A stretch of DNA of 64,000 nucleotides from Actinomycetota bacterium. GTDB taxonomy: Bacteria > Actinomycetota > Acidimicrobiia > IMCC26256 > VFJJ01. Location of the stretch: contig VFJJ01000011.1 in assembly GCA_009886115.1 (NCBI GenBank), positions 27,348 through 91,347 of the forward strand, given 5' to 3'. Of the stretch, positions 46,225-55,366 are shown one piece after another. Within the stretch, counting starts at the first letter, position 1. Every line of letters begins with the position of its first letter. A program made the translations under genes and the position numbers. Below the pieces are notes generated by a model. It was not told where the DNA came from and ran no database searches. It was given only the letters and a program-made list of their open reading frames with translations.

Positions 46225-47277
46225 CTAACGACCCAATCCGCTCTGGTTGATGAGCTCCTCGGTCGTTTCGAGCTCGCCGCCGAGCGACGCCAGGTCACCG
46301 CCTGCGCCCGAGATGCCGGCCAGCGGCTGGTCTGCCAGCTCGCCGCTGGGGGCGACGCCTGCGGCCAAGGGGTACTCGAGCGTCTGCTGGCTGAAGTACG
46401 ACTGCGACTCGGCTCCGAGCAGGAACTGCAGCAGCACCTCGGCTTCGTCGCTCTGGTCGGACGTGGCCACCACCCCGCCAGCGGTCACGAGGATGAGCTT
46501 GCCGATGTCGCCGTCGGAGAAGAAGTGGTTGGCCACCGGGAGGTCGGGATTCTCGCGGCGGGCCTGGAGCGCGTAGTAGTGGTTGACGAGCCCGTACGGC
46601 ACCTCGCCCCGACCGACGGCCTCGACGATGGCGGTGTTGTTCGCGAAGCTCTGGGCACCGTTGGCGGCCAGGCCTTCCAGGAACGCCAGTGTCTCGGCGT
46701 CGCCGATCTGCTGGCGTGCCGCGGTGACGAAGTCCTGGAACGAGCCGTTGGTGGGTGCCAGCCCCACCTGGTCGCGGTAGGCGGGCCCGGTGAGCTCGAG
46801 CGCCGAGGTCGGCAGCGTGGCCGGATCGACCAGATCGGTGTTGTAGACGAGCACCCGAACCCGACCGGAGAGCCCGACCCACAGGCCCGCGGGGCTGCGG
46901 AACCGTTCGTCGACGAGCCCCAGGGTGGCGTCGGAGATCGGTGTCAGGCGGTCGCGGCCGGCGAGGAAGCCGATGGCGCCCGGGCTCTGGGAGATGAACA
47001 CGTCGACTTCCGACCGGTCGCCCTCGGCGTCGATGAGCAGCGCCAGCTCGGCCGAATCGCCGTACCGGACGCACACGTCGACGTCGCTCTCCTCGTTGAA
47101 CCGGTCGAGGATGGGAGCGACGAGCGCTTCGGTCCGGCCCGAGTACACGGTGAGCCTGCCCGCGCACGCGTCGCCGCCCCCACCTCCACAACTGGCGAGC
47201 ACACTGGCGAGAACGACGATCGCCGGCGCGATCGATGCGGGACGGAGCAGGCTTGCGAGTCGGATCATGGCGCTCAT
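46225..47277 (-). CDS. iron(III) ABC transporter substrate-binding lipoprotein (FbpA/AfuA-like)
   Basis: Lipobox LASC. LTVYSGRTEALVAPILDRF...DVFISQSPGA...LVNHYY pattern of Fe3+-binding proteins. Confidence 0.85.
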   Translation of the reverse strand: MSAMIRLASLLRPASIAPAIVVLASVLASCGGGGGDACAGRLTVYSGRTEALVAPILDRFNEESDVDVCVRYGDSAELALLIDAEGDRSEVDVFISQSPGAIGFLAGRDRLTPISDATLGLVDERFRSPAGLWVGLSGRVRVLVYNTDLVDPATLPTSALELTGPAYRDQVGLAPTNGSFQDFVTAARQQIGDAETLAFLEGLAANGAQSFANNTAIVEAVGRGEVPYGLVNHYYALQARRENPDLPVANHFFSDGDIGKLILVTAGGVVATSDQSDEAEVLLQFLLGAESQSYFSQQTLEYPLAAGVAPSGELADQPLAGISGAGGDLASLGGELETTEELINQSGLGR

Positions 47278-47300
47278 GGTGCCATATCGACAAGCTCTTG

Positions 47301-47319
47301 TAAAGTATACCTAACCAAA
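47301..47319 (-). promoter_or_regulatory. weak IdeR/DtxR-like iron box overlapping a TATACT -10 element
   Basis: Minus-strand TTTGGTTAGGTATACTTTA versus consensus TTAGGTTAGGCTAACCTAA: 13/19 matches, with 9/10 in the left half. Lies 24-42 nt upstream of the binding-protein ATG, in an AT-rich patch. Confidence 0.3.
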
Positions 47320-47372
47320 GTTGACGCCGACGTCAGGTAGCCGGGGTCGCACGCCAGGAAAGGGGTTCGACG

Positions 47373-48260
47373 ATGGGGCCACGCCTCCGAGTGAACGCGG
47401 TCGAGCGACTCGAGCAGAACGAGGATGGGGGTCGCGGCGCGCCGCTCGCGATCGCCCCGATCGCCGTGTCGGCCGACCGAGCTGACGGCGCCGAGCCGGT
47501 GATGTTGTTCCTCCCGGCCTTCGACGAGGAGGAGGCCGTGGCCGGGGTGATCGGCCGGGTTCCCGCGACCGTGTGCGGTCGGGCGGTGCGTTGCCTCGTG
47601 ATCGACGACGGCTCGCGTGATGCCACCGTGGACCGGGCTCGGGCCGCCGGGGCCGAGGTCGTCACCCTCGGCGTGAACGCGGGTCTCGGTGCCGCGGTCC
47701 GCCGGGGTTTGCGCGAAGGCGTCGATCGCGGGGCCAGCGTGGTGGTGTTCTGCGACGCCGACGGCGAGTACGCGCCAGAGGAGCTCGAGCGGTTGGTGAC
47801 GCCCATCCTCGCCGGCCGGGCCGACTACGTGGTGGGCACCCGCTTCGGCGACGGGCGCCCGTGCCGCATGCTCGCCCACCGATGGCTGGGCAACATGCTG
47901 CTCACCCGCTGGCTGGCCTTCACGGCCCGTCGCCCCATCACCGACGGCCAGACGGGATACCGGGCCCTCTCGCTGCGAGCGGCGGCCGAGGCGTCCATCG
48001 CTCACGACTACAACTACGCGCAGGTGCTGACCCTCGACCTCCTCGCCCGGGGCTTCCGGTACGAGGAGGTGCCGATCTCGTACCACTTCCGCACCACGGG
48101 ACGGTCGTTCGTCCGTCTTGTCCCGTACCTGCGCAACGTGGTCCCAGCCGTGTACCGGGTCGTCAACCGGCGTGAGGTGGCCACGCAGCCGGCGCCCGTC
48201 CCGGTCGCTGGCGCGAGGATGGCGGCTCAGTCGTCGACGACGTGGGCGTCGAACGACTGA
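47373..48260 (+). CDS. GT2 family glycosyltransferase (polyprenol-phosphate sugar synthase-like, DPM1/Ppm1-like)
   Basis: FLPAFDEEE, IDDGSRDAT, CDADGE (DxD), and VVGTRF...TDGQTGYRA. GGAAAGGGG RBS. Confidence 0.85.
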   Translation: MGPRLRVNAVERLEQNEDGGRGAPLAIAPIAVSADRADGAEPVMLFLPAFDEEEAVAGVIGRVPATVCGRAVRCLVIDDGSRDATVDRARAAGAEVVTLGVNAGLGAAVRRGLREGVDRGASVVVFCDADGEYAPEELERLVTPILAGRADYVVGTRFGDGRPCRMLAHRWLGNMLLTRWLAFTARRPITDGQTGYRALSLRAAAEASIAHDYNYAQVLTLDLLARGFRYEEVPISYHFRTTGRSFVRLVPYLRNVVPAVYRVVNRREVATQPAPVPVAGARMAAQSSTTWASND

Positions 48261-49669
48261 CGGGCTGCGCTCCAGCGAACCGGATCGAGCCGGCCCGCCT
48301 GATCGAGCGCCTCGACCGCCGTCCAGCCCGTTGTCATGGCGTGGTGCGAGTTGTCGTGCGCGAACAGGCCCTGACGTCCGAACGAGACCACGTTGGGCAG
48401 GCTCGTGATCCAGCGCTCGACCTGCGCCAGCGCCTCCGGGTGGGCGAGGTCGTAGACGGGGTACACGCTCGGTGCCCGTCGTACCACCGTCTCCACCGGC
48501 ACGACCTCGCCCAGACCCATCCGAGCGAGATCGTCGACGATGGCGCTGGCCAGGTCGTCGGCTGACGCGCTCCAGATGTCGTCGCCCTGCCGGCACGGGA
48601 TCTCGGCGCACAGCACGGTCGTCGCCGGCGGGTCGGCGGCGCTGTCGCGATAGTTCCTGGGCTCGGAGATGCGGCTCGCCCGCGACTCCGGTCCCGGGAG
48701 GTAGTGCGCGTCGAACTCGCTGAAGCGGGGCCGATCGAGCACGAGGTACACGAAGGTCATGGCCCGCGAGCGCAGGCTCGACGCCGCATCGACGACGGCC
48801 CGGGGCGCCTCGGGTGTCCGGATCAGTCGGGTCAGCGTCGTGAGCGGGATGGTCGACCAGAGCTGCCCGCCCGTCGCCAGTGGCGCGTCCGTACCGTCGA
48901 GTCCCACGACGGCGCTCGACTCCGAGCCCGTCCCGAGGTGGACGCCCACGATCTCGGCGTCGAAGACCAGCCGGGCCCCGGCGTCGGTCGCCGCCTCGGC
49001 CAGGCGTTCGCAGATCTGGCCGAAACCCCGTCTCGGGTACCAGAACGCCGGGGCGGCGCGTCCCGGTCGGGCCGCGGCGACGACCCGGGCGAGCAGGGCC
49101 CGTCCCGACGGCGTGGCGATGCGGCGTCGGGCAAGCTCCGGATGGAGCTCCTCCGGGCCGAGACCCCAGAGCTTGCGGGCATAGGGACCGTAGAGCTCGT
49201 CGAGCATCGTGGGGCCCAGGCGCAGCCGCACGGCATCGGCGAAGGTGACCGGCGCCGTGGTGGCCATGGTGCGTGGCGCCCGGGCGCCGATCAGGTCGCG
49301 GCCGAGGCGGGCCGCGAGCCCGGGCCGGGTGTGCGCCACCAGATCGAACGGGCGCAGCGGGAAGCGCAGCCACCTGCGGTCGATCCGGATGCGACCGTTG
49401 CGTGGGCGACGTTGCAGGTCGCTCCCGAGCAGCCGCTCGAGCAGCGCCATGATTCGAGGGTCGGTGGAGGGATGCAGCCGGTGCGAACCGTGATCGACCC
49501 TGATGCCGGCGACCTCGAAGCTCGCCGCCAATCCCCCGGGATGCGAGTCGCGCTCGAGGACGACCACCTCGTGACCCCGCGTCGCCAGTTGGTACGCCGC
49601 CATCAGCCCGGCCGGCCCAGCACCCACGACGACATGCTGGGCCGAGTGCAACGCCTCCGGTCGGGACAT
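48227..49669 (-). CDS. FAD-dependent oxidoreductase (amine-oxidase / UDP-galactopyranose-mutase-like fold)
   Basis: N-terminal VVVGAGPAGLMAAYQLATRGHEVVVLERDSHPGG dinucleotide fold. ELYGPYARKLWG and a C-terminal GRQGLFAHDN segment resemble Glf-type proteins (recalled from memory). 34-nt convergent overlap with the GT2 gene. Confidence 0.75.
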   Translation of the reverse strand: MSRPEALHSAQHVVVGAGPAGLMAAYQLATRGHEVVVLERDSHPGGLAASFEVAGIRVDHGSHRLHPSTDPRIMALLERLLGSDLQRRPRNGRIRIDRRWLRFPLRPFDLVAHTRPGLAARLGRDLIGARAPRTMATTAPVTFADAVRLRLGPTMLDELYGPYARKLWGLGPEELHPELARRRIATPSGRALLARVVAAARPGRAAPAFWYPRRGFGQICERLAEAATDAGARLVFDAEIVGVHLGTGSESSAVVGLDGTDAPLATGGQLWSTIPLTTLTRLIRTPEAPRAVVDAASSLRSRAMTFVYLVLDRPRFSEFDAHYLPGPESRASRISEPRNYRDSAADPPATTVLCAEIPCRQGDDIWSASADDLASAIVDDLARMGLGEVVPVETVVRRAPSVYPVYDLAHPEALAQVERWITSLPNVVSFGRQGLFAHDNSHHAMTTGWTAVEALDQAGRLDPVRWSAARQSFDAHVVDD

Positions 49670-49712
49670 GGGAATCGGAGCCGCGCCGTACCTCGACGTC
49701 GGGCTCGTCTGG

Positions 49713-50051
49713 CTACCTGAACCAGATCTTCTGGTGGTCGCGGCTCATCGGGTGCAACAGCAGGGCGACGAGCGCGATGTCGAACATGAGCCCGATGACG
49801 TTGAACTGGAGCGAGGACAGCACGCCCCCCGGATCGAACGGGATGAACACGAACGGGAGGAACGCGGCGACGAGGCTCACGACGTAGCCCCATTTCTTCG
49901 AGTTGGCCAGCCCGATCGCGGCCGCGCCGTAGAGCACCACGAGGACCAGGCTGAACCCGAGGAGCGCGAAGACCCCCCGCGCGTAGAGCAGGAAGGTCGC
50001 GACCTGGAGGGTCTGGGGCTGGTGGGGGTCGAACCACCGAAAGTCGTTCAC
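49713..50051 (-). CDS. small integral membrane protein (3 TM), unknown function
   Basis: GTG 50051 overlaps the rlmN stop (GTGA). Hydrophobic segments VATFLLYARGVFALLGFSLVLVVLYGAAAIGL, WGYVVSLVAAFLPFVFI and NVIGLMFDIALVALLL. Confidence 0.65.
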   Translation of the reverse strand: MNDFRWFDPHQPQTLQVATFLLYARGVFALLGFSLVLVVLYGAAAIGLANSKKWGYVVSLVAAFLPFVFIPFDPGGVLSSLQFNVIGLMFDIALVALLLHPMSRDHQKIWFR

Positions 50052-51208
50052 GGGGCCATTCTGACCGACGGACGTCGGCTCGGAGACGCAACGCCCGTCT
50101 CGGCCTCGGCTCCGTCCCGCTCGCGCCAACGAAGCTGCCCGCACGCGGCATCGATCGACACGCCCCGATTGCGGCGGATGGTGGCGTTGACGCCTCCGGC
50201 GATGAGCTGGCTGGCGAAGCGCTCGATGGTGTCGCCGCTGCTGGCCCGGGCCACCAGGCCGGCGGTCTGGTTGTACGGGATCAGGTTCACGTGCGCCCCG
50301 GTCGACGAGAAGCGGCGGAGCAAGGCCGCCAAGGCCCGGGCGCACTCATCGGTGTCGTTGACCCCTTCGAGCATCGTGTACTCGAACGTGATGCGTCGTC
50401 CCTTGGCCGCGGCGAACTCACGGGCGGCGTCGAGCAGCTCGGCGATGGGGTAGCGCCGGTTGAGCGGGACGATCGTGCTGCGGATCTCGTCGAACGGTGC
50501 GTGGATCGACACGGCCAGCGTGACGGGCAGGCGTTCGGCTGCCAATCGCCGGATCCCGGGCACGACCCCGACCGTGGAGATCGTGAGATGGCGGGCCGAG
50601 AGCCCGAGATCGCCGTGGAGCCGCTCGACCGATGCCCAGACGGCGTCGTAGTTGGCCAGTGGTTCGCCCATCCCCATGAAGACCACATTCGACACCCGCT
50701 GCGGGGTCTCGTGGCTGGCCCGAAGCACCTGCTCGACGATCTCGGAGGTGCTCAGGTGCCGCTCGAACCCGGCCTGACCCGTGGCGCAGAACGTGCACGC
50801 CATGGCGCATCCGGCTTGGGACGACACGCACACCGTCGCCCGTCCCCGGCTGGCGTCACGCTCGGGATAGCGCATGAGGACCGTCTCGACCTGGGCCCCG
50901 CCAGAGACGCATTCCCAGAGCCACTTGACCGTGAGCTCATCGTCGGCGATCGACCGGGCCCGCTCGACCAACGCCTCGGGCAGGGCGGTCTCGAGCTGGT
51001 CTCGGAGCGCCGCGGGCACGTCGGTGAGATCGGCCAGGCGCGCCCTCCTGCTCCAGAGCCCGTCCCAGAGCTGGTGGGCCCGATAGGGAGGCTCGCCCAT
51101 CGCGGCGATCAGCGCGTCGATCTGGCCTCGGGTCGCGCCGTAGCGATCGAGCGAACCGGTACCGGACCCGAGGCGTGCGGCGCCGGGAGGCTCGGGGGTG
51201 GAGCTCAT
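50048..51208 (-). CDS. rlmN: 23S rRNA/tRNA adenine-C2 methyltransferase RlmN (radical SAM)
   Basis: [11 protein letters not shown] radical-SAM cluster. [10 protein letters not shown] motif. C-terminal DAACGQL. ATGA overlap with the mshD stop. Confidence 0.93.
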   Translation of the reverse strand: MSSTPEPPGAARLGSGTGSLDRYGATRGQIDALIAAMGEPPYRAHQLWDGLWSRRARLADLTDVPAALRDQLETALPEALVERARSIADDELTVKWLWECVSGGAQVETVLMRYPERDASRGRATVCVSSQAGCAMACTFCATGQAGFERHLSTSEIVEQVLRASHETPQRVSNVVFMGMGEPLANYDAVWASVERLHGDLGLSARHLTISTVGVVPGIRRLAAERLPVTLAVSIHAPFDEIRSTIVPLNRRYPIAELLDAAREFAAAKGRRITFEYTMLEGVNDTDECARALAALLRRFSSTGAHVNLIPYNQTAGLVARASSGDTIERFASQLIAGGVNATIRRNRGVSIDAACGQLRWRERDGAEAETGVASPSRRPSVRMAP

Positions 51209-52125
51209 CGCTCGTAGGCGCGATTGCGCACGATCACGGTGAAGCCGATCGACTCGTAGAGACCGACGGCGGCGCGATTGGCGCCGTCGACGTAGAGGAT
51301 GCCCCAGGGCCAGCCCTGGCCCGCGATCGAGTCGAGGCCGGCCGCCGTGAGGGCTCGGCCCAGCCCCAGGCCCTGACGCGACGGATCGACGCCGATGGCG
51401 TAGATCTCGCCAGCGTTCTCGTCGGGCTGGATCTTGGTCCAGCAGAACCCGGCCAGGCCTCCGTCGTCCCAGGCCAGCCAGAAGCCGGCGGGATCGAACC
51501 AGGGCTCGGCCATCCGACGCTCGAGCGTGTTCTGATCGTACGCGCCCTGCTCGGGATGGTCGGCGAACGAGCGGGCGTTCACGGCCAGCCAGGCCCCGTC
51601 GTCGATGCCCGGGCGGAACGCCTCGACCCGCACGCCGGCAGGGAAGCGGGGTTTCTGCTCCTTCGGCAGCGGGAGCGGGCACCGCATCTTGAGGAGATCG
51701 CGACCCACCCGCAACCCACGGCTGGCTGCGAGCGCATCGTGTTCGGGCTGCGCGTCGTACACCCACCAGTGCACCGCGCCGTCGAGCTGCGCCAGGGCCT
51801 CGTCGAGCAGGCGAGGGCGAAGCGCCGGGTCGGCCACGATCTCCAGACCCCAGCTCGAGCCTCCGCCGTGGTCGGAGCCGAGGCCGTGACCGTGGCCCGA
51901 TGCATGGGCGTAGCCGACGATCGAGGGCTCGAGCTCGTCGCGCTCGCCCGGTGCCGTCAGAACGAGCCCGACGCTGGGCCCTTGCGGGCCGCGGTGGATG
52001 TCGATCGCCTTGTGCTCGCTGAGGGTCCCGGTGCCGCTGGTCTCGCCCGCCGCGAGGAACGCGGCCAGGGCCGGGTGCTGGGCGAGGAGCGGCGCTGGAC
52101 GGTGCACGGTGCACGACTCGGTCAC
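51205..52125 (-). CDS. mshD: mycothiol synthase MshD (tandem GNAT)
   Basis: HPEQGAYD...[14 protein letters not shown]...GFCWTKI...[22 protein letters not shown]...[20 protein letters not shown]. About 306 aa from GTG 52125. Confidence 0.85.
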   Translation of the reverse strand: MTESCTVHRPAPLLAQHPALAAFLAAGETSGTGTLSEHKAIDIHRGPQGPSVGLVLTAPGERDELEPSIVGYAHASGHGHGLGSDHGGGSSWGLEIVADPALRPRLLDEALAQLDGAVHWWVYDAQPEHDALAASRGLRVGRDLLKMRCPLPLPKEQKPRFPAGVRVEAFRPGIDDGAWLAVNARSFADHPEQGAYDQNTLERRMAEPWFDPAGFWLAWDDGGLAGFCWTKIQPDENAGEIYAIGVDPSRQGLGLGRALTAAGLDSIAGQGWPWGILYVDGANRAAVGLYESIGFTVIVRNRAYER

Positions 52126-52213
52126 GCCACGAGGGTATCCGGCGGGATCACCAATGCCCTCGGTCGGTTGAATCCGCTCAAGCGGGCCCCATTCGGCGCC
52201 GAGGCCTCCCCGG

Positions 52214-54127
52214 ATGGATCGTGCAGATTGCCGGGCTCCCACCCGTTTCCCGGGGCGTTTCGCCACCGGAGCGCTCACCAGGTCGCGGCCCTGCGTGTCG
52301 CGGCCCTGCGTGTCGGTGCTGATGCTCGTCACCGGCCTCCTCGTCGCCGCGATCTCGCCGGCGTCAGCGGCGGCGACCATGGGTGATGGCGGTGGCGATG
52401 GCGATCCGTCGACCGTCGAGCTCGTGGTGACGCGTCGGACCCCCGAGGGCTCCCTGGCCTTCGATGCCGTCGATGTCCCGCTGGTCGACGTCGAACGGGT
52501 CTCGGTTGCGTTCCGGACCCAGCCCGACGTGGTCGCGGTCGCCCCGTCCGTCGGCTACGTCTCGCTGTCGATCGGCGGACCCGTCGGTCTTGCCGGCCCG
52601 CGTGGTGGCGGCCGGATCACGGCGGCTGCGGCGGGTCCCGGCGTCGGTGCGGCCGACCCACGACGGGCCGAGCAGTGGAACCTCGACCAGATCGGCGTCG
52701 AAGGCGCATGGTCGAGCGTCGACCCCAGCGGCATCGTGGTCGCCGTCATCGACACCGGCCTGCGGGCCGATCATGAGGACTTCAGCGGGGCCCAGGTGCT
52801 TCCCGGCGTCGACGCCACGGCGTTCGTCGACGGAGCCGGCCGTTCGGCGACCGCTCCGATCGGCGGCCGGATCGGCGCGGCCTCGGATCCCGTGGGGCAC
52901 GGGACCTTCGTCGGCGGGATCGTCGGTGCGGGATTTCGCAACGGGCGAGGGATCGCGCCCGTCGCCCCCGGCGTGCAGGTGCTGCCCATCACGACGTTCT
53001 CCAACGACGGGCTGGGCAGCTCCGAGGCGGTGGCGCCGGCGATCGTCTGGGCCGTCGACCACGGCGCCGACGTGGTGAACCTGTCGCTTGGCAGCGTGCA
53101 CTCCGATCCCACCATGCATGCCGCTGTCGCCTACGCCGAGTCGCGGGGCGTCGTGGTGGTGGCCGCGGCAGGGAACTACGGCATGGCGATCCCGGTGTAC
53201 CCCGCTGCCTACCCCGAGGTGCTGGCCGTGGCGGCCACCGACCGGTCAGGCCGCCGGGCCTCGTTCTCGGAGATGGGGCCGTGGGTCGATCTGGCGGCAC
53301 CGGGTGACGACGTGGCGTCGACGACGGTCGACGGCGGATATGGCACCTGGCGAGGCACGTCGTTCGCCGCTCCGCACGTCTCGGCGGCCGCCGCGCTGGT
53401 GCTCGCCGCCCGGCCCGACGCAACCCCCGCCCAGGTGCGGGCCCTCCTCGTGAACCACAGTCGAGACGCGGGCGCCCAGGGGTTCGACGAGTTGTACGGA
53501 TGGGGCATCCTCGACGTGGGAGCTGCGGTTCGGGCCGCGGCCCGGCCATCGGGCGGGTATCGCACGGTGACCCGGCGGGGAATCGTCGAATCGTTCGGCG
53601 ACCGTCTGGCACCGGCCCCGGCCCCGGCCGCGCCGGGAACGGGCGGGCCGCCCGCCGTGTCCTCCGAGAGCGGCGCGCTGGCGCCCGGAGCAGCGCTCGG
53701 CGAGCCGGCGCCGGTGGTCGGCGCCGCGGCGCGCGTCGGCGGTGGAGTCTGGATGGTCACGGCCGACGGGATCGTCCGCCCGAGTGGCGGGGCGCCCCAT
53801 CACGGCGACGTGGCGACGGCCCGGATGCGTGTGGTGGCGCCGATCGTGGGTGTGGCGGGGACGCCGTCTGGTGGTGGGTATTGGTTGGTGGCGTCGGATG
53901 GGGGTGTGTTCTCGTTCGGTGATGCTGGGTTCTTCGGGTCGCTCGGCGATCGGACCCTCAACGGCCGCATGATCGGCGTGACGGCGACCCCGTCGGGCGC
54001 CGGCTACTGGCTGCTCGGTGACGACGGCGGTGTGTTCAGCTTCGGCGACGCCACCTTCCATGGCTCGTCGGTCGAGCGCGGCGGCACCGCTTCGGCGGGT
54101 GGAGCGGCCATCCTCATCGCCGGGTGA
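52214..54127 (+). CDS. secreted S8 (subtilisin-like) serine protease with C-terminal [12 protein letters not shown] repeats
   Basis: Catalytic triad contexts [17 protein letters not shown] and [15 protein letters not shown]. Signal-like [19 protein letters not shown]. Alternative starts at 52310, 52316 and 52322. Confidence 0.88.
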   Translation: MDRADCRAPTRFPGRFATGALTRSRPCVSRPCVSVLMLVTGLLVAAISPASAAATMGDGGGDGDPSTVELVVTRRTPEGSLAFDAVDVPLVDVERVSVAFRTQPDVVAVAPSVGYVSLSIGGPVGLAGPRGGGRITAAAAGPGVGAADPRRAEQWNLDQIGVEGAWSSVDPSGIVVAVIDTGLRADHEDFSGAQVLPGVDATAFVDGAGRSATAPIGGRIGAASDPVGHGTFVGGIVGAGFRNGRGIAPVAPGVQVLPITTFSNDGLGSSEAVAPAIVWAVDHGADVVNLSLGSVHSDPTMHAAVAYAESRGVVVVAAAGNYGMAIPVYPAAYPEVLAVAATDRSGRRASFSEMGPWVDLAAPGDDVASTTVDGGYGTWRGTSFAAPHVSAAAALVLAARPDATPAQVRALLVNHSRDAGAQGFDELYGWGILDVGAAVRAAARPSGGYRTVTRRGIVESFGDRLAPAPAPAAPGTGGPPAVSSESGALAPGAALGEPAPVVGAAARVGGGVWMVTADGIVRPSGGAPHHGDVATARMRVVAPIVGVAGTPSGGGYWLVASDGGVFSFGDAGFFGSLGDRTLNGRMIGVTATPSGAGYWLLGDDGGVFSFGDATFHGSSVERGGTASAGGAAILIAG

Positions 54128-54161
54128 GGCCGGGGGCCGGGCTGGTGTGATGAAGTAGCCC

Positions 54162-54920
54162 ATGCCCCCCATGCCCCCCGATCGTCCCGAGCGCCCAGTG
54201 GTCCCCGAGCCGTCGAAGCCGTCGCAGGTGCCGGCGTCCGGTGCCGGGCCGCGGGCCCGAAAGCTTCGCGAGTCGAAGAAGGCCAAGGGGGAACGGGCTC
54301 GCGAGATCGCCCGGAGACTCTCGGAGGTCTACGAGGCGCACTGCGAGCTCACCCACACCAACCCCTTCGAGCTGCTCGCCGCGACGATCCTTTCGGCCCA
54401 GTGCACCGACGAGCGCGTGAACATGGTCACCCCGGCGTTGTTCCGGCGCTATCCGACGCCAGCTGATCTCGCCGTCGCCGATCCCGAAGAGCTCGAGGGC
54501 ATCATCCGCTCGACGGGCTTCTACAAGAACAAGGCCCGATCGTTGCTGGGCATGGCCCAGGCCCTCGAGGAGCGCTACGAGGGCGAAGTGCCCACCTCGC
54601 TCGACGATCTCGTCACGATCCCCGGCGTGGGCCGCAAGACCGGCAACGTCGTGCGCTCGGTCGACTTCAACCTGCCCGGGCTGCCCGTCGACACCCACGT
54701 GACCCGCATCTCGCGCCTGTTGGCGCTCACCGAGAACACCGACGCGGTGAAGATCGAGCACGACCTGGGAGCGCTCTTGGTGCCCGAGGAGTGGGGGCCG
54801 TTCTCGTTGCGGCTCATCCTGCATGGCCGCCGCGTGTGCATCGCCCGGCGCCCGGCGTGCGACCGCTGCCTGCTCGTCGACCTGTGTCCCGGCGCCAACC
54901 CGTCCCTGCCGACCCCGTAG
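54162..54920 (+). CDS. nth: endonuclease III
   Basis: HhH-GPD (IPGVGRKTGNVV, VDTHV). 4Fe-4S loop CIARRPACDRCLLVDLC. Confidence 0.95.
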   Translation: MPPMPPDRPERPVVPEPSKPSQVPASGAGPRARKLRESKKAKGERAREIARRLSEVYEAHCELTHTNPFELLAATILSAQCTDERVNMVTPALFRRYPTPADLAVADPEELEGIIRSTGFYKNKARSLLGMAQALEERYEGEVPTSLDDLVTIPGVGRKTGNVVRSVDFNLPGLPVDTHVTRISRLLALTENTDAVKIEHDLGALLVPEEWGPFSLRLILHGRRVCIARRPACDRCLLVDLCPGANPSLPTP

Positions 54921-54946
54921 CCGCCCGGTCAGCGGCCGACCCCTCT

Positions 54947-54997
54947 CCAAATTTGCGCGGAAACGCGCACCAGGTGCACATTTCCGCGCAAATTTGG
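54947..54997. terminator. perfect 17-bp inverted repeat with nested palindrome (candidate bidirectional terminator or operator)
   Basis: CCAAATTTGCGCGGAAA (54947-54963) and TTTCCGCGCAAATTTGG (54981-54997). The 17-nt loop contains GCACCaGGTGC. Sits between convergent nth and ORF 55023..55307. Confidence 0.5.
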
Positions 54998-55022
54998 GCG
55001 ACGGTGGGCGACGGTGGGCCCC

Positions 55023-55307
55023 TCAGCGGTCCATCGTGTGGAGAGCGCGCAGGGCCCGATCGACCGAGCGCCCGGCCGCGACCAGGCTGCGGTCGGCGTT
55101 CTCGAGGTCGGTCGAGACGCTCGTGTCCTCACGGCTGCGGTACCGATCGGCGATGGTGTCGACCCTGCGCACGAGGTCGTCGAGCACGGCCCGCAGGGAG
55201 GACAGCTCGGCGGCATCGGAGGAGGGGCTCACGGCTCCGACGCTACCCGGCGAGGGTGCCGATGGCGACGGCTCGGGGGCACATGGCACGGCTGTCGACG
55301 CGCTCAC
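55023..55307 (-). CDS. small helical hypothetical protein
   Basis: High GC3 in this frame. Helical-looking ELSSLRAVLDDLVRRVDTIADRYRSRE...RSVDRALRALHTMDR. The start may be GTG near 55232. Confidence 0.4.
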   Translation of the reverse strand: MSASTAVPCAPEPSPSAPSPGSVGAVSPSSDAAELSSLRAVLDDLVRRVDTIADRYRSREDTSVSTDLENADRSLVAAGRSVDRALRALHTMDR

Positions 55308-55366
55308 AGGTAGCGTCCGAGCGACCGGAGCCGAGCGGCGGCCCCGACTCGGACACGGAGCGATCG

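Noticed and set aside
42273-47277. The possibility that the missing ABC ATPase is hidden in an alternate frame or on the opposite strand of the operon.
   Set aside because: I scanned the supplied six-frame translations between 38.7 and 50 kb for a Walker A (GxxGxGKS/T) plus LSGGQ signature and found none. The absence therefore appears genuine for this window, although the gene may lie elsewhere in the genome.
50048-52114. Single 688-aa ORF spanning rlmN and most of mshD.
   Set aside because: The N-terminal 300 aa are an alternate frame of mshD (R/P/G-rich). RlmN homology begins at MSSTPEPP (ATG 51208), which overlaps the mshD stop as ATGA.
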